NCBI GenBank assembly: GCA_009694725.1
Contig: SICV01000001.1
Location: forward strand, 1-63,218
DNA length: 63,218 nucleotides
From: Candidatus Pacearchaeota archaeon
Lineage (GTDB): Archaea > Nanobdellota > Nanobdellia > Pacearchaeales > GW2011-AR1
Reading direction: 5' to 3'
Both the position numbers and the translations under genes were made by a program. Under the pieces are notes generated by a model that worked only from the letters and a program-made list of their open reading frames with translations, was not told the origin of the DNA and made no database searches. Positions 7,355-16,803 of this stretch are shown here, in pieces (positions within the stretch are counted from its first letter, which is position 1; every line of letters begins with the position of its first letter).

Positions 7355-10207
7355 ATGGTTGATATAAAGGCGATTCCTGCTGCGATGAAAACATTCTGGC
7401 AGAAAGAACAGGTGTATGAACAGTTACTTGCCCGTAAGGGAAAGCCCTATCGTGTCCTTGAAGGGCCTCCGTATGCGAATGGCGAACCGCACGCAGGACA
7501 CCTGAAGAATACGGTATTCAAAGATATTGCGATTCGTTTGGCTTGGATGCGCGGGTATCAAGTTGCGTTTCAGCCAGGGTTTGATACGCATGGTCTCCCG
7601 ATTGAAAATATGGTTGAAAAGAAATTAGGATTACGCGGGAAAAAAGATATTGCTACCTATGGTGTGGGCAAGTTCATGCAAGCATGTAAGGATAATGCAA
7701 CCCTGAATAAAGATGCCTGGATGCGTGTGTATGAACAACTTGGAAGTGTGTATACGCTGAAAGACCCCTATGTGACGTATGATAATTCATATATTGAAAG
7801 TGGCTGGTGGATGTTTGCCCAAATGTATGCTAAAAAACTTGTGTACCATGGTGAAAAACCAGTTTTGTGGTGCTCGCAGTGTGAAACAAGTCTCGCAGGG
7901 TATGAAGTGACTGACAGTTACAAAGATCTCCAAGATCCTGGCGTGTATCTCTTATTCAAACTGGTGAATGATGATCGATCGATGTTAGTGTATACCACAA
8001 CACCGTGGACGTTGCCGGCGAATGTTGCACTTGCCGTTGCTCCTCAAGAAATGTACGTCACAGTCGAACTCGAAGGGAAAAAAATCATTCTTGCAGAAGC
8101 TCGTCTTCCGCTACTCGATACACTGGGAAAAAAGTATCGTGTCTTGACGAAATGCCTCGGGAAATCCCTCGTTGGTACACAGTATGAACCGTTACTTGAC
8201 GTTCCTCTCCAGCGTTCATTGCCTGCTGAGAAGGCGCATGTCATTGTTGCTTCTATTCCCTTACTGAAAGAACGTGTATCCTCGAAAGTTGCTGCAAAAA
8301 AGGGCGTTACCCAAGGGGATGTCTTTGAGGAATTTGTGACGGTTAGTGAAGGTACGGGCGTTGTGCATGTTGCTCCGGGACATGGTAAAACAGATTATCT
8401 GGTTGGTCAGCATTATCACTTGGCGTGTGTGTCCCCCGTTGATGAACGCGGGATGTTCACCTCTGCGGCGGGGTTCACTGGATTTGTGAAGAAAGCAAAC
8501 ACTGAGATTAGTGCATATCTTGAAAAGGAAGGACGTTTGTTATACCAACAGGTCATTACGCATAGTTACCCGGTCTGCTGGCGGTGTAAGACTCCCCTTA
8601 TCTTTCGTTTGAGTAACCAGCTCTTCCTCAAAGTTGCTCCTGTTAAGAAAATCATTCAGAAAGTCAACACAAAAGTTACCTGGTTACCTGCATTTGCTCG
8701 GGAACGCTTTAATACTTGGGTTGCAAACGCAGAAGATTGGAATATTTCTCGCCAGCGTTTTTGGGGCATTCCCATTCCTTTGTGGCAATGCACGTGTGGC
8801 AAAGAAGTTGTCGTTGCTTCTCAGAAAGAATTAGAGCAGAAGACGAAACAGACGATTACCGATTTACATGTCGTTGATCACCTCACCTTTCCTTGTTCGT
8901 GTGGAAAACCGATGAAGCGTATCGGCAGTATTTTTGACGTCTGGTTTGACTCAGGAATTGTTCCGGGAGCAAGTGTGGGCTACCCTCACGATAACAAGAA
9001 ATTCTTTGAAGAGCATTTCCCCGTTGATCGAATCAATGAAGCGCAAGATCAGATTCGTGGATGGTTTTACTCACTTATGTTTTGTTCAGCTGCAGTCTTC
9101 GGGAAAGCCCCGTATAAAACGGTGAGCATGGTGGGGTGGGTGCTTGATAAAAAGGGAGATAAAATGTCAAAGAGTGCAGGTAACTTCGTTTCTGGCGATG
9201 ATGCACTTGCACAACTGGGGCCTGATGTTTTGCGTTATTATTTCTGCTGGGACTGTGCCCCCTATGATATTCAGAAATTTAATGCGGAATCTGCACAGAA
9301 AGAAGTTGGCAAAATATTTACCATTCTTGCTAACTTGTTGAATCTCTCTCAGCAAGGCAAAGTGATGCGTACTGAACCTGAAGATGCCTGGATACTTTCT
9401 CGTTTGGAAAGCGTGACTCAGGCCTACACTGGGGGGATCGATTCCTTTGAATTGCATACTGCTTTGCATACTCTGTCTGACTTCATTGTACAGGATCTCT
9501 CTCGGACCTATATTCAAATGACGCGCGATCGTGAGCAAGGTGCACTAGTGGGTGTCTGTCTTGCGCGCATTTCACAATTGCTTGCTCCGGTTTCCCCGTT
9601 CTTCGCTGAATATCTCTGGCAAGCATTACGAGAGAAACAAATTGTTGCCGATACGTCTGTTCATCTAACTTCTTGGCCAACAGTTCAGAAAAAAATAATT
9701 AATGAAAAAATTGAACAGACATTCACTCAAGTGCAGAAAATACTGGAAGTGGGATTGCGGAAGCGTGATCAAGCCCATATTGGATTGAAGTGGCCACTTG
9801 CTTTAGCGACGATAACAAGCGAAGCATCTGTTTCAAAAGAAGTGCATGGGCTGATTATGAAACAGTTGAATGTCAAAAAAATAAAGATTGTGAAAGGGAA
9901 AGAGTTTGATGTGGTGCTTGATACAGTGTTGACTCCGGCACTTGAAGCTGAAGGATATGCTCGTGAATTAGCACGTGCACTACAAGCTGCGCGTAAAGAT
10001 GCCGGCTTACAGAAGGGCGATATGATTACGACGACTGTGTTTGTGTCTTCTGAGTTGCAGAAAATGTTGCACGAACACCTTGGATTTCTTACAGAACGTA
10101 CAAATTCCAAAAAATTGCTCTTTTCCGACGAACAGAATGCCCCTGCAGAGGCGATTGTACTCACTGTGCGGGAGAGAAGAATTGTCTTTTCATTTCGTCG
10201 TTGCTGA
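7355..10207 (+). CDS. ileS: Isoleucyl-tRNA synthetase (class Ia)
   Basis: HIGH-type motif PPYANGEPHAGH and the KMSKS motif. Ile-specific stretches DWNISRQRFWGIPIPLW and DQIRGWFYS. I moved the start to the first ATG (7355); the ORF track starts at TTG 7337. Confidence 0.85.
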   Translation: MVDIKAIPAAMKTFWQKEQVYEQLLARKGKPYRVLEGPPYANGEPHAGHLKNTVFKDIAIRLAWMRGYQVAFQPGFDTHGLPIENMVEKKLGLRGKKDIATYGVGKFMQACKDNATLNKDAWMRVYEQLGSVYTLKDPYVTYDNSYIESGWWMFAQMYAKKLVYHGEKPVLWCSQCETSLAGYEVTDSYKDLQDPGVYLLFKLVNDDRSMLVYTTTPWTLPANVALAVAPQEMYVTVELEGKKIILAEARLPLLDTLGKKYRVLTKCLGKSLVGTQYEPLLDVPLQRSLPAEKAHVIVASIPLLKERVSSKVAAKKGVTQGDVFEEFVTVSEGTGVVHVAPGHGKTDYLVGQHYHLACVSPVDERGMFTSAAGFTGFVKKANTEISAYLEKEGRLLYQQVITHSYPVCWRCKTPLIFRLSNQLFLKVAPVKKIIQKVNTKVTWLPAFARERFNTWVANAEDWNISRQRFWGIPIPLWQCTCGKEVVVASQKELEQKTKQTITDLHVVDHLTFPCSCGKPMKRIGSIFDVWFDSGIVPGASVGYPHDNKKFFEEHFPVDRINEAQDQIRGWFYSLMFCSAAVFGKAPYKTVSMVGWVLDKKGDKMSKSAGNFVSGDDALAQLGPDVLRYYFCWDCAPYDIQKFNAESAQKEVGKIFTILANLLNLSQQGKVMRTEPEDAWILSRLESVTQAYTGGIDSFELHTALHTLSDFIVQDLSRTYIQMTRDREQGALVGVCLARISQLLAPVSPFFAEYLWQALREKQIVADTSVHLTSWPTVQKKIINEKIEQTFTQVQKILEVGLRKRDQAHIGLKWPLALATITSEASVSKEVHGLIMKQLNVKKIKIVKGKEFDVVLDTVLTPALEAEGYARELARALQAARKDAGLQKGDMITTTVFVSSELQKMLHEHLGFLTERTNSKKLLFSDEQNAPAEAIVLTVRERRIVFSFRRC

Positions 10208-10226
10208 ATGACAGCACCCGAAAACA

Positions 10227-10235
10227 TTTAAATAG
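10227..10235 (+). promoter_or_regulatory. TATA-box-like element TTTAAATAG upstream of the TrmB-family gene
   Basis: Same 9-mer as at 15551 and 27718. Here the ATG is 39 nt downstream and is preceded by AAGGTGA, so this mRNA probably has a leader. Confidence 0.35.
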
Positions 10236-10273
10236 TCGGAAGAAGTAAAGAGTATAAGGTGATATGACTTCAT

Positions 10274-11083
10274 ATGATTATTAAAGAAGAATTTCTCAGC
10301 AGACTCCGTAAAATCTTTGATTTGAATCTCTATGAGGCTCGCGTATGGACTGCTTTGTTATCTCGCGGTACTTCTACTGCTGGTGAATTGAGTAATATTT
10401 CGGACGTCCCTCGTTCTCGAACCTATGATATCCTTGAAAGCTTGGAAAAGAAAGGATTTATTGTTATGAAAATCGGTAAACCGATTAAATTTGTTGCTTT
10501 GAAACCGGAAGAAGTTGTTGAGCGTGTTAAAAAGAATTTAGTGGTTGATGCACAAGAGAAAAGTAAGCGTCTTGAAAAATTACGAGGTGATGATGTACTT
10601 GAAGAATTGAATGGCTTATTTACCAACGGGATTAAATTTGTAGAACCTTCCGATTTATCGGGAAGCTTACGTGGAAGACAGAATATGTACAATCATCTCG
10701 ATATGATGATTCGAGGAGCAGAACGCACGATTACGATCGTAACTACTGCTGAAGGATTGAATCGAAAGATGGAGATGCTATTACCTGGATTGGAGCGTGC
10801 AAAGAAACGCGGAGTTACTATTCGTATTGCTGCACCGATCACTTCGGCTAACATGAAGATTGCAAAAGATTTGAATAGGGTAGCAGAAGTCCGTAACTTG
10901 GATTCGAAATTAACTGCTCGATTTGCGCTTGTAGATAGCACCCAAGTTATGTTCATGTTATTAGATGATAAGAGCGTTCATCCGAATTATGATGTCGCTG
11001 TCTGGTTATCAACTGAATTCTTTGCCAAAGCAATGGAACAGATGTTTGAACTTGCCTGGAATACGTTTAGTAAAGTACGATAA
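10274..11083 (+). CDS. TrmB-family transcriptional regulator
   Basis: N-terminal winged-helix segment LYEARVWTALLSRGTSTAGELSNISDVPRSRTYDILESLEKKGFI is typical of TrmB, followed by a C-terminal effector-like domain. Confidence 0.75.
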   Translation: MIIKEEFLSRLRKIFDLNLYEARVWTALLSRGTSTAGELSNISDVPRSRTYDILESLEKKGFIVMKIGKPIKFVALKPEEVVERVKKNLVVDAQEKSKRLEKLRGDDVLEELNGLFTNGIKFVEPSDLSGSLRGRQNMYNHLDMMIRGAERTITIVTTAEGLNRKMEMLLPGLERAKKRGVTIRIAAPITSANMKIAKDLNRVAEVRNLDSKLTARFALVDSTQVMFMLLDDKSVHPNYDVAVWLSTEFFAKAMEQMFELAWNTFSKVR

Positions 11084-11099
11084 AAGAGTTATCTTCTGT

Positions 11100-11717
11100 T
11101 TAGTGTGCTCGCACTGATTCAATATACGTCCTCATTTGAGCAATTCCTTGGGTTACCGGACCATCATTAGTAATGGGATGAATATAACGAGGATTATGTG
11201 TTTTGACGAGTGCATTAATAGTGTCATATTCTCCCGGAATGTCATGTAATCGTCTTTGAATATCTTCTGTGCTTGCTCCTCTTGCCAACATACGCCTATG
11301 TAATTGTTCTTCTGCAATGGGAAGAAGATAGAGTACGTGCGTGTCCGGTTTCCAGGCTAACATCTTGCGTGTTCCTTGCGGTTCCATAATCAAAAACCCG
11401 TCATGGGTAGTAAGTGTATCCACTATATCACTTTTTCGTAATCCATAGTGGTTCCCTTTATATTCTGCGCGTTCAAGAAGCTCTCCCGAAGTCCAGTCTT
11501 GTTCAAATTCGGTAGGCGTTCTAAACCAGTACGCTTGCCCATTTTGTTCAAAACCATTTCCGTTTATACTTCGAGGTTTTCGTGTTGTTGAGGTAATTAC
11601 TCGCTTCAGAGAGGGAATTCGTAGATCTGCATAGAGCTGATTTTCGCCTGTCACTGCTTCAACAAGTGTCGTCTTACCAGAACCTGAAGGCCCTAACATA
11701 ATAAAGAGGTTGTGCAT
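11100..11717 (-). CDS. Guanylate-kinase-like P-loop kinase (divergent)
   Basis: GPSGSGKTT P-loop, STTRKPR motif, and the YWFRT..F....G..LE.AEY.GNHYG pattern of guanylate kinases. Confidence 0.55.
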   Translation of the reverse strand: MHNLFIMLGPSGSGKTTLVEAVTGENQLYADLRIPSLKRVITSTTRKPRSINGNGFEQNGQAYWFRTPTEFEQDWTSGELLERAEYKGNHYGLRKSDIVDTLTTHDGFLIMEPQGTRKMLAWKPDTHVLYLLPIAEEQLHRRMLARGASTEDIQRRLHDIPGEYDTINALVKTHNPRYIHPITNDGPVTQGIAQMRTYIESVRAH

Positions 11718-11767
11718 AGTTTTATCCTTTCTACATATTTAAAAAGATAGCGGATTCTGGAGAAAGT

Positions 11768-12529
11768 ATGAAGTCCTGTTACATTGACATCCACTGTCAC
11801 TTTGAACGATGCTCGGGAAAGGAAGCAATAGCTCGTGCTCAGCAGGCGGGTGTGGGCATCATCTGTACGCAGGGCACCGATGGTGAGACGAATGCACAGT
11901 CGCTTGTATTAGCACACACTTTTCCTGAAGTGAAAGCGTGTATGGGTTTGTATCCAATAATTGCGTTGGAAATGACTGATATAGAAATTGAGGTGCTTTT
12001 GAAAGATATTCGGACGCATGCACGAGACAGTATCGCGATTGGTGAAGTGGGTATGGACTTTAAAGATGATATAACACAGCATGCACGCCAGAAGGAGATA
12101 TTTACGAAGGTCGTACGGCTTGCGCAGGAATTAGATAAGCCCCTCATTGTGCATTCGCGGAAGGCAGAGTTGGCTTGTATTGAGTTGCTTGAGGAATTGG
12201 AGGCGAAAAAAGTTATTATGCATTGTTTCTGTGGGAAATGGAGTCTTGCCCAGCGCATCATTGCGAATGGATGGTATCTCACGGTGCCCACCTCTGTGAC
12301 GCGATCAGAACAATTTCAACGGTATGCGAAAGAACTGCCTTTAACCCAGTTATTCTGTGAGACCGATGCGCCGTATTTACATCCTGATAAGACGGTGACG
12401 ACTCTCTCCAATGAACCGGCATACGTTATTGCAAGCTATGAGGCGATTGCTCGATTACGGGGAATGAAGCTTACCGATGTACGGGATCAGCTATTTGCAA
12501 ACTATCAAACTCTCTGTGCGAAACGTTAA
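11768..12529 (+). CDS. tatD: TatD-family metal-dependent hydrolase
   Basis: N-terminal IDIHCH, EVGMD, HSR, HCF and a C-terminal ETDAPYL motif series. Confidence 0.8.
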   Translation: MKSCYIDIHCHFERCSGKEAIARAQQAGVGIICTQGTDGETNAQSLVLAHTFPEVKACMGLYPIIALEMTDIEIEVLLKDIRTHARDSIAIGEVGMDFKDDITQHARQKEIFTKVVRLAQELDKPLIVHSRKAELACIELLEELEAKKVIMHCFCGKWSLAQRIIANGWYLTVPTSVTRSEQFQRYAKELPLTQLFCETDAPYLHPDKTVTTLSNEPAYVIASYEAIARLRGMKLTDVRDQLFANYQTLCAKR

Positions 12530-12534
12530 AATAG
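12525..12534 (+). promoter_or_regulatory. TATA-box-like element (GTTAAAATAG) 21 nt upstream of the ATG at 12555
   Basis: Lies inside the 3' end of tatD. It shares AAATAGCCC with the element at 944. Confidence 0.4.
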
Positions 12535-12554
12535 CCCTTTGGACCTTGAAAGGT

Positions 12555-12878
12555 ATGAATACAAGGGTTATCGGGGGGATTCTATTGCTACTTCTTGCGC
12601 TAGCCATAGCCTATGCTTCTACTCGAGATGCAATGCCTCCTGCCTCTACTCGAGATGCAATGCCTCCTGCTTCTACTCGAGATGCAATGCCTCCTGCTTC
12701 TGCACTGCAGTGTGTTCCTGCAACCTGTTGTCATGCGACTGAGTGTGTTTCTGCTTCTGAAGCGCCCCTTTGTGCAGACATTCTGTGTACGCAAGAATGT
12801 GTTCCGGGAACACTTGATTGCGGTCAAGCAAGCTGTCAACCTATCGCTCAAAAATGCGTGGTTGTTCCGCATGCATAA
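12555..12878 (+). CDS. Secreted/anchored Cys-rich small protein with a 3x ASTRDAMPP repeat
   Basis: Start chosen at MNTRVIGGILLLLLALAIAYA (signal/anchor). This is followed by three tandem 9-aa repeats and a 57-aa tail with 10 Cys. The stop overlaps the protease start by 8 nt. No family recognised. Confidence 0.55.
   Translation: MNTRVIGGILLLLLALAIAYASTRDAMPPASTRDAMPPASTRDAMPPASALQCVPATCCHATECVSASEAPLCADILCTQECVPGTLDCGQASCQPIAQKCVVVPHA
12615..12701 (+). repeat. Tandem 27-bp coding repeat, 3 full copies plus a 6-nt partial
   Basis: The unit gcttctactcgagatgcaatgcctcct occurs at 12615, 12642 (1 mismatch) and 12669. Confidence 0.95.
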
Positions 12879-15555
12879 TCGTTTTTTTCTTATACCTTTC
12901 TTTCTTGTGAGTTTTTTTTTACTCGGTATTTTTTTCGCTCATTCTGTTTCCCCTTCTCAAGAAAAAATAGATCCCTCTTTACATGCAGAGGTTACGGATA
13001 ATGAAACGGTGCTTGTGTTTATTCATGATCTTCCCACTCGTTCTGGAAAACGAGCATCTGTTGCCCCCTCTTCATCCGTTGCTCCCGAGCATATTAAATA
13101 TGCATTTGAGGGCTATCGAGCTGCCTGGGTAAATGCGTCTGAACTTATTGCTTTACAAAATGATCCGAGCGTACAACGTGTTGCGCCAGTCGGTGTGCGT
13201 CATATTTTATTGCAACAGAGCGTTCCGTTAATTAATGCTACACTTGTCTATCCGTTACAACAAGCAAGTGTTAATATTACAGGAATTGGGGAAGCAGTAT
13301 GTGTTATCGATACGGGCATTAATTATTCTCATTCTGCTTTGGGTGGTTGTTTTGGTAATAATACTCCTTCATCTCGTTGTAAAATAATCGGGGGATATGA
13401 TTTTGCAAATAGTGATCCTGATCCAGTAGATGATAATGGGCACGGGACACACGTCTCGGGCATTGTGGGGGCAAATGGCAGTATCACCGGGGTTGCACCC
13501 GGCGTCAAATTACTTGCACTGAAAGTGTGTAATTCTGGAGGTACCTGTAGTGATGCCGATATTATTGCAGGGATTAATTGGTGTGTGGGTAATGCAACGA
13601 CCTTTAATATTTCAGTCATTAGTATGAGTTTAGGAGATACCAGTAACCATACAACCTATTGTCACACTGATTCGTTAAGCGCTTCAATTAATACGGCCAT
13701 ACGCGCAAATATCAGTGTTGTTATTTCTGCAGGAAATAACGGCAATAGTACCGCTCTTGCTGCTCCTGCCTGTGTACAAAATGTAACGGTCGTTGGGGCA
13801 ACTACCAAAAGTGATGTGATTGCCAGTTATTCAAGTCGCAGCCCCTTACTTTCTCTGTTTGCCCCCGGAAGTTCGATTAATTCAACCTATGGAGGAAGTT
13901 ATAGTCTCCTTTCAGGCACGAGTATGGCTGCACCCCATGTGTCAGGAGCATTGGCATTACTTAATCAGTATTTTCGTGCACTAGGGATTGTAAAAACTCC
14001 CGCGCAACTGCTGACTATTTTGAATACAACAGGAAAGCCCATCACTGATAGTGCTACAAACAATATGTATTCCCGTATTAACATTTATGCAGCGATTGCA
14101 TCCCAAGGAATTGCGGTTACGCTTCTTGCCCCTGTAGATGGGTTACGTACCACTACTCAAAATCACACACTTTCGTGTAACAGCACCTCGCTTGTTTCAT
14201 TACAGAATGTAACGTACTCCATATGGAATAGCACAGCATTAGTTAATACAACGGTTCGTACCCTCTCAGGTCTGAGCAATACGAGTTTGCTTAACTATTC
14301 ATTTGCCTCGAATATTTTTCACTCATGGAATTGTCAGTTTACGGACAGTTCTAATTCGCAGGCAATTGCTTCTGCAAATTACAGTATTACCTATGATACC
14401 CTTATTCCAAATGTAACGCTCCTTTCTCCCTTGAACGGAAGCGTCTACAATGCCGGACGCTTTAATGTCACCTTGAGTGAAAATGGGAGTTGTCAGTATT
14501 CTCTTTCGGGGGGAGTCATCAATACGAGTTTGAGTTCACTTGATCTTCAGATATTTAATGCGACGAACACTACTTTAATCAACGAACAAAATTACACGGC
14601 TTCTTATTATTGTAATGACACAGCAGGTAATCGCAATACGTCTCTTTCTGCAACCTTTACCATTGATACCGTTGCCCCGCTTGTTACCGCACTTTCTCCT
14701 GCTACAGGATATAGTGCGACGAGTTCTTCTGAAGACATTACCTTCGTCTATCAAGGAAATGACACCCGAAATATTACTTCGTGTCATTTGATTGTGGATA
14801 GCGCTCTCGCCCTTACTAATACGAGCATTACCAATCAATCACTGAATTATTCATTTATTCGGGCATTTACTCCGGGAAGTTATACCTGGTCAATTAATTG
14901 CACGGATATCGCGGGCAATATAGGGAACACGTCCGTTCGTACGATTAGTATTTCTGCTCCTGCTTCAAGTGGTGGCGGAGGCGGAGGGGGTGGCGGAGGT
15001 GGAGGGGGAAGTACTGCTTCTGTTCCTCTTACGGCACCGATATTAGATAGCTCGCTGATGTCGCAGGGCTACACTATGTCGTTGTCTCGAGGAGCTTCGG
15101 TACGCTTCTCATTGGAAGGGGCCCCGGGAGAAACCCATACGTTGCGCATTGATGCACTTGGAAATAATTCCCTCAACCTTACCCTTTTCAGTGATCCTCA
15201 CGCACTTACCCTCTTTGTAGGTGAAGAACGAAAAGTTAACCTGAGCTCATCTTCGCATTACGACCTGCGATTGGTATTGCATGATCTGAAGTTTGGGAAA
15301 GCAAATCTCACGATACAGACGATCTCTGAACCAATGAATCTTTTACAGACGCCCCCTACCACTTCAGTGAATCTTACCACAACTGCGACCCCTGTCTCTT
15401 CCTCCTCTTCCTCTCCTTCCTCTTCCTTTTCTCTTTCAAAACGTATGGTCCTCCTGAGCGTTCTGGCTATACTCTTAGTCATACTTTTATTACGATCTAC
15501 TACCAAAGGAAAAGATGTTCCTTCGTCTAAAAAAACAACGAAGCTTAAGGTTTAA
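12871..15555 (+). CDS. Subtilisin-like serine protease (S8) with I9-like propeptide, long N-x-S/T-rich extension, poly-Gly linker and C-terminal TM anchor
   Basis: Catalytic triad motifs VIDTGI (Asp), HGTHVSG (His) and SGTSMAAPHVSG (Ser). The start at MHNRFFLIPFFLVSFF supplies a signal peptide; the ORF-track start at 12613 reads through the upstream repeat in another frame. C-terminus: Ser-rich stretch, then LLSVLAILLVILLL, then a basic tail. Confidence 0.85.
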   Translation: MHNRFFLIPFFLVSFFLLGIFFAHSVSPSQEKIDPSLHAEVTDNETVLVFIHDLPTRSGKRASVAPSSSVAPEHIKYAFEGYRAAWVNASELIALQNDPSVQRVAPVGVRHILLQQSVPLINATLVYPLQQASVNITGIGEAVCVIDTGINYSHSALGGCFGNNTPSSRCKIIGGYDFANSDPDPVDDNGHGTHVSGIVGANGSITGVAPGVKLLALKVCNSGGTCSDADIIAGINWCVGNATTFNISVISMSLGDTSNHTTYCHTDSLSASINTAIRANISVVISAGNNGNSTALAAPACVQNVTVVGATTKSDVIASYSSRSPLLSLFAPGSSINSTYGGSYSLLSGTSMAAPHVSGALALLNQYFRALGIVKTPAQLLTILNTTGKPITDSATNNMYSRINIYAAIASQGIAVTLLAPVDGLRTTTQNHTLSCNSTSLVSLQNVTYSIWNSTALVNTTVRTLSGLSNTSLLNYSFASNIFHSWNCQFTDSSNSQAIASANYSITYDTLIPNVTLLSPLNGSVYNAGRFNVTLSENGSCQYSLSGGVINTSLSSLDLQIFNATNTTLINEQNYTASYYCNDTAGNRNTSLSATFTIDTVAPLVTALSPATGYSATSSSEDITFVYQGNDTRNITSCHLIVDSALALTNTSITNQSLNYSFIRAFTPGSYTWSINCTDIAGNIGNTSVRTISISAPASSGGGGGGGGGGGGGSTASVPLTAPILDSSLMSQGYTMSLSRGASVRFSLEGAPGETHTLRIDALGNNSLNLTLFSDPHALTLFVGEERKVNLSSSSHYDLRLVLHDLKFGKANLTIQTISEPMNLLQTPPTTSVNLTTTATPVSSSSSSPSSSFSLSKRMVLLSVLAILLVILLLRSTTKGKDVPSSKKTTKLKV

Positions 15556-15559
15556 ATAG
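15551..15559 (+). promoter_or_regulatory. TATA-box-like element TTTAAATAG, 20 nt upstream of the ATG at 15580
   Basis: Overlaps the protease stop codon region. Same 9-mer as at 10227 and 27718. Confidence 0.45.
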
Positions 15560-15579
15560 CGATTTCAAGCGAGTTTTCT

Positions 15580-16146
15580 ATGGAAACAGTCGGTTCATTA
15601 GTTGATTACGGTAATTATGGTCGAGTCTACCGCTTAGCGAGCGATCGCACTAAAGTGGTAAAGATCCCCCATTCTCTTGCACGCATGGATCCCCTCCCCG
15701 GTTCTACTCGCGCACCCCTTTCGTGGTATCGTTTGAATATGCATCCCTCTGCTTCTATCGGCTTAGAACACGAAGGGGTGATTGCGGAAGCATTGAGAAC
15801 TCGTTCTTTTCCTGCCCCTCGTCCTTATCATGTGCAACCCATTCTCTCGCCAGAAGGGGTTTCAACGATCGGCCTTGCATCTGAGTATATTCATGGAACG
15901 GAACTGAATCGTCTTTCACTCGATAGTGTTGCTCAGCAACGTCCGCGTATTGATGCACTGCTTACTCGAGTACAACAAGAAGGATTTACATTTGGAAAGG
16001 ATACCGTGCGGAATGTTTTGTATAATCGAACAGGGGATACTCTGACCCTGTGTGATTTTGGATTTTGGCATTTTAATACTCCCGTTAGGGCGTCTGATTT
16101 TACGTTACTTGACTTTAGTCAGTGGAAAATACCTGGTTTTTTCTAA
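15580..16146 (+). CDS. Hypothetical protein, possibly a minimal protein-kinase-like fold
   Basis: Weak kinase-like landmarks by eye: G-loop-like YGNYGRVY, VVKI (Lys), hinge-like SEYIHG, D-x3-N (KDTVRNVLY) and LCDFG. Only 188 aa. Not verified. Confidence 0.3.
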   Translation: METVGSLVDYGNYGRVYRLASDRTKVVKIPHSLARMDPLPGSTRAPLSWYRLNMHPSASIGLEHEGVIAEALRTRSFPAPRPYHVQPILSPEGVSTIGLASEYIHGTELNRLSLDSVAQQRPRIDALLTRVQQEGFTFGKDTVRNVLYNRTGDTLTLCDFGFWHFNTPVRASDFTLLDFSQWKIPGFF

Positions 16147-16154
16147 AGGGGTCT

Positions 16155-16613
16155 TTAAACGAACAACCATACTTGTTTCATTCGTGAACGCCAAAGGGGG
16201 CGAAGTGGTTTGGTACGCACTTCTTGAATACCGGTGATCAGTGCGCGATGGGAAATTTCATACGCATGCCCATATGCTCTGTTAATAAGATGCTCCCACT
16301 CAACGACTCGCTGATTTCTCCTCTTTTCGTGAAGTGTAAACGAAAGAGGTTTCTTACTTTCAGATAGTTCTTGATCATAGATAAACGTTGCGTGGTGGAG
16401 ACAGGATCGAGCACTTGTTTCATAGGCTTCATCGAGTATTCTCCTTCGCTCTACCTCATCAAGCCACTTCTGTTCGTTCTGTTCTGCTGCATCATATGCT
16501 CGTTTCCAAGACTCAAATGTCGCTTCAGGATTTCCCTGTGCAGCGTATGCATACGCTTCATTCATCCAGTGAATAACTGCTTGTCTGGTACCAGATACCA
16601 TATCACTAAACAA
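16155..16613 (-). CDS. Hypothetical helical protein
   Basis: ORF only (152 aa). No motif recognised. Confidence 0.4.
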   Translation of the reverse strand: MFSDMVSGTRQAVIHWMNEAYAYAAQGNPEATFESWKRAYDAAEQNEQKWLDEVERRRILDEAYETSARSCLHHATFIYDQELSESKKPLSFTLHEKRRNQRVVEWEHLINRAYGHAYEISHRALITGIQEVRTKPLRPLWRSRMKQVWLFV

Positions 16614-16668
16614 GCATTTTGTTCTTAAAAAGATACAGATGCTTGCATATATACCAGAAATATTTGAG

Positions 16669-16702
16669 CAAATCCTCTGTAGAAAAAAATGCGGGAGGGA
16701 GG
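16669..16702. repeat. Distal copy of a 34-bp perfect direct repeat (tRNA-Leu 3' end plus flank)
   Basis: caaatcctctgtagaaaaaaatgcgggagggagg is identical to 16770-16803. Confidence 0.95.
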
Positions 16703-16769
16703 CTCACGAGAACGAAGTTCTCGGATCCTGCACCTCTCTGCTAGAGAGTGTGCCGTATTTGAACCTGTT

Positions 16770-16803
16770 CAAATCCTCTGTAGAAAAAAATGCGGGAGGG
16801 AGG
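16770..16803. repeat. Proximal copy of the 34-bp direct repeat. It covers the last 13 nt of tRNA-Leu(UAA) and 21 nt of 3' flank.
   Basis: Exact match to 16669-16702. Confidence 0.95.
16784..16790 (-). terminator. Oligo-T tract (T7) immediately after tRNA-Leu(UAA)
   Basis: A7 on the + strand directly abuts the discriminator base. Archaeal terminators are oligo-T tracts. Confidence 0.5.

Noticed and set aside
9769-10227. 152-aa ORF antisense to ileS
   Set aside because: A shadow frame inside a confidently identified synthetase gene, with no independent signals.
11839-12291. 150-aa ORF antisense to tatD
   Set aside because: A shadow frame inside a recognised gene.
12615-12701. CRISPR-like or non-coding tandem repeat
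   Set aside because: The repeats are contiguous with no spacers, are in frame, and encode ASTRDAMPP three times inside an ORF. No CRISPR array or cas gene is present anywhere in the window.
12613-12870. Upstream 86 codons of the 980-aa track ORF (MLLLEMQCLL repeated)
   Set aside because: This is the 27-bp tandem repeat of the small Cys-rich gene read in another frame. The protease has a proper signal peptide starting at the ATG at 12871.
16669-16769. A split tRNA 3'-half gene (Nanoarchaeum style) or pseudo-tRNA in the distal repeat copy
   Set aside because: Only the last 13 nt of the tRNA are duplicated. No T-arm 5' strand (GGAGG) or T-loop precedes them, so no half-tRNA can be folded.
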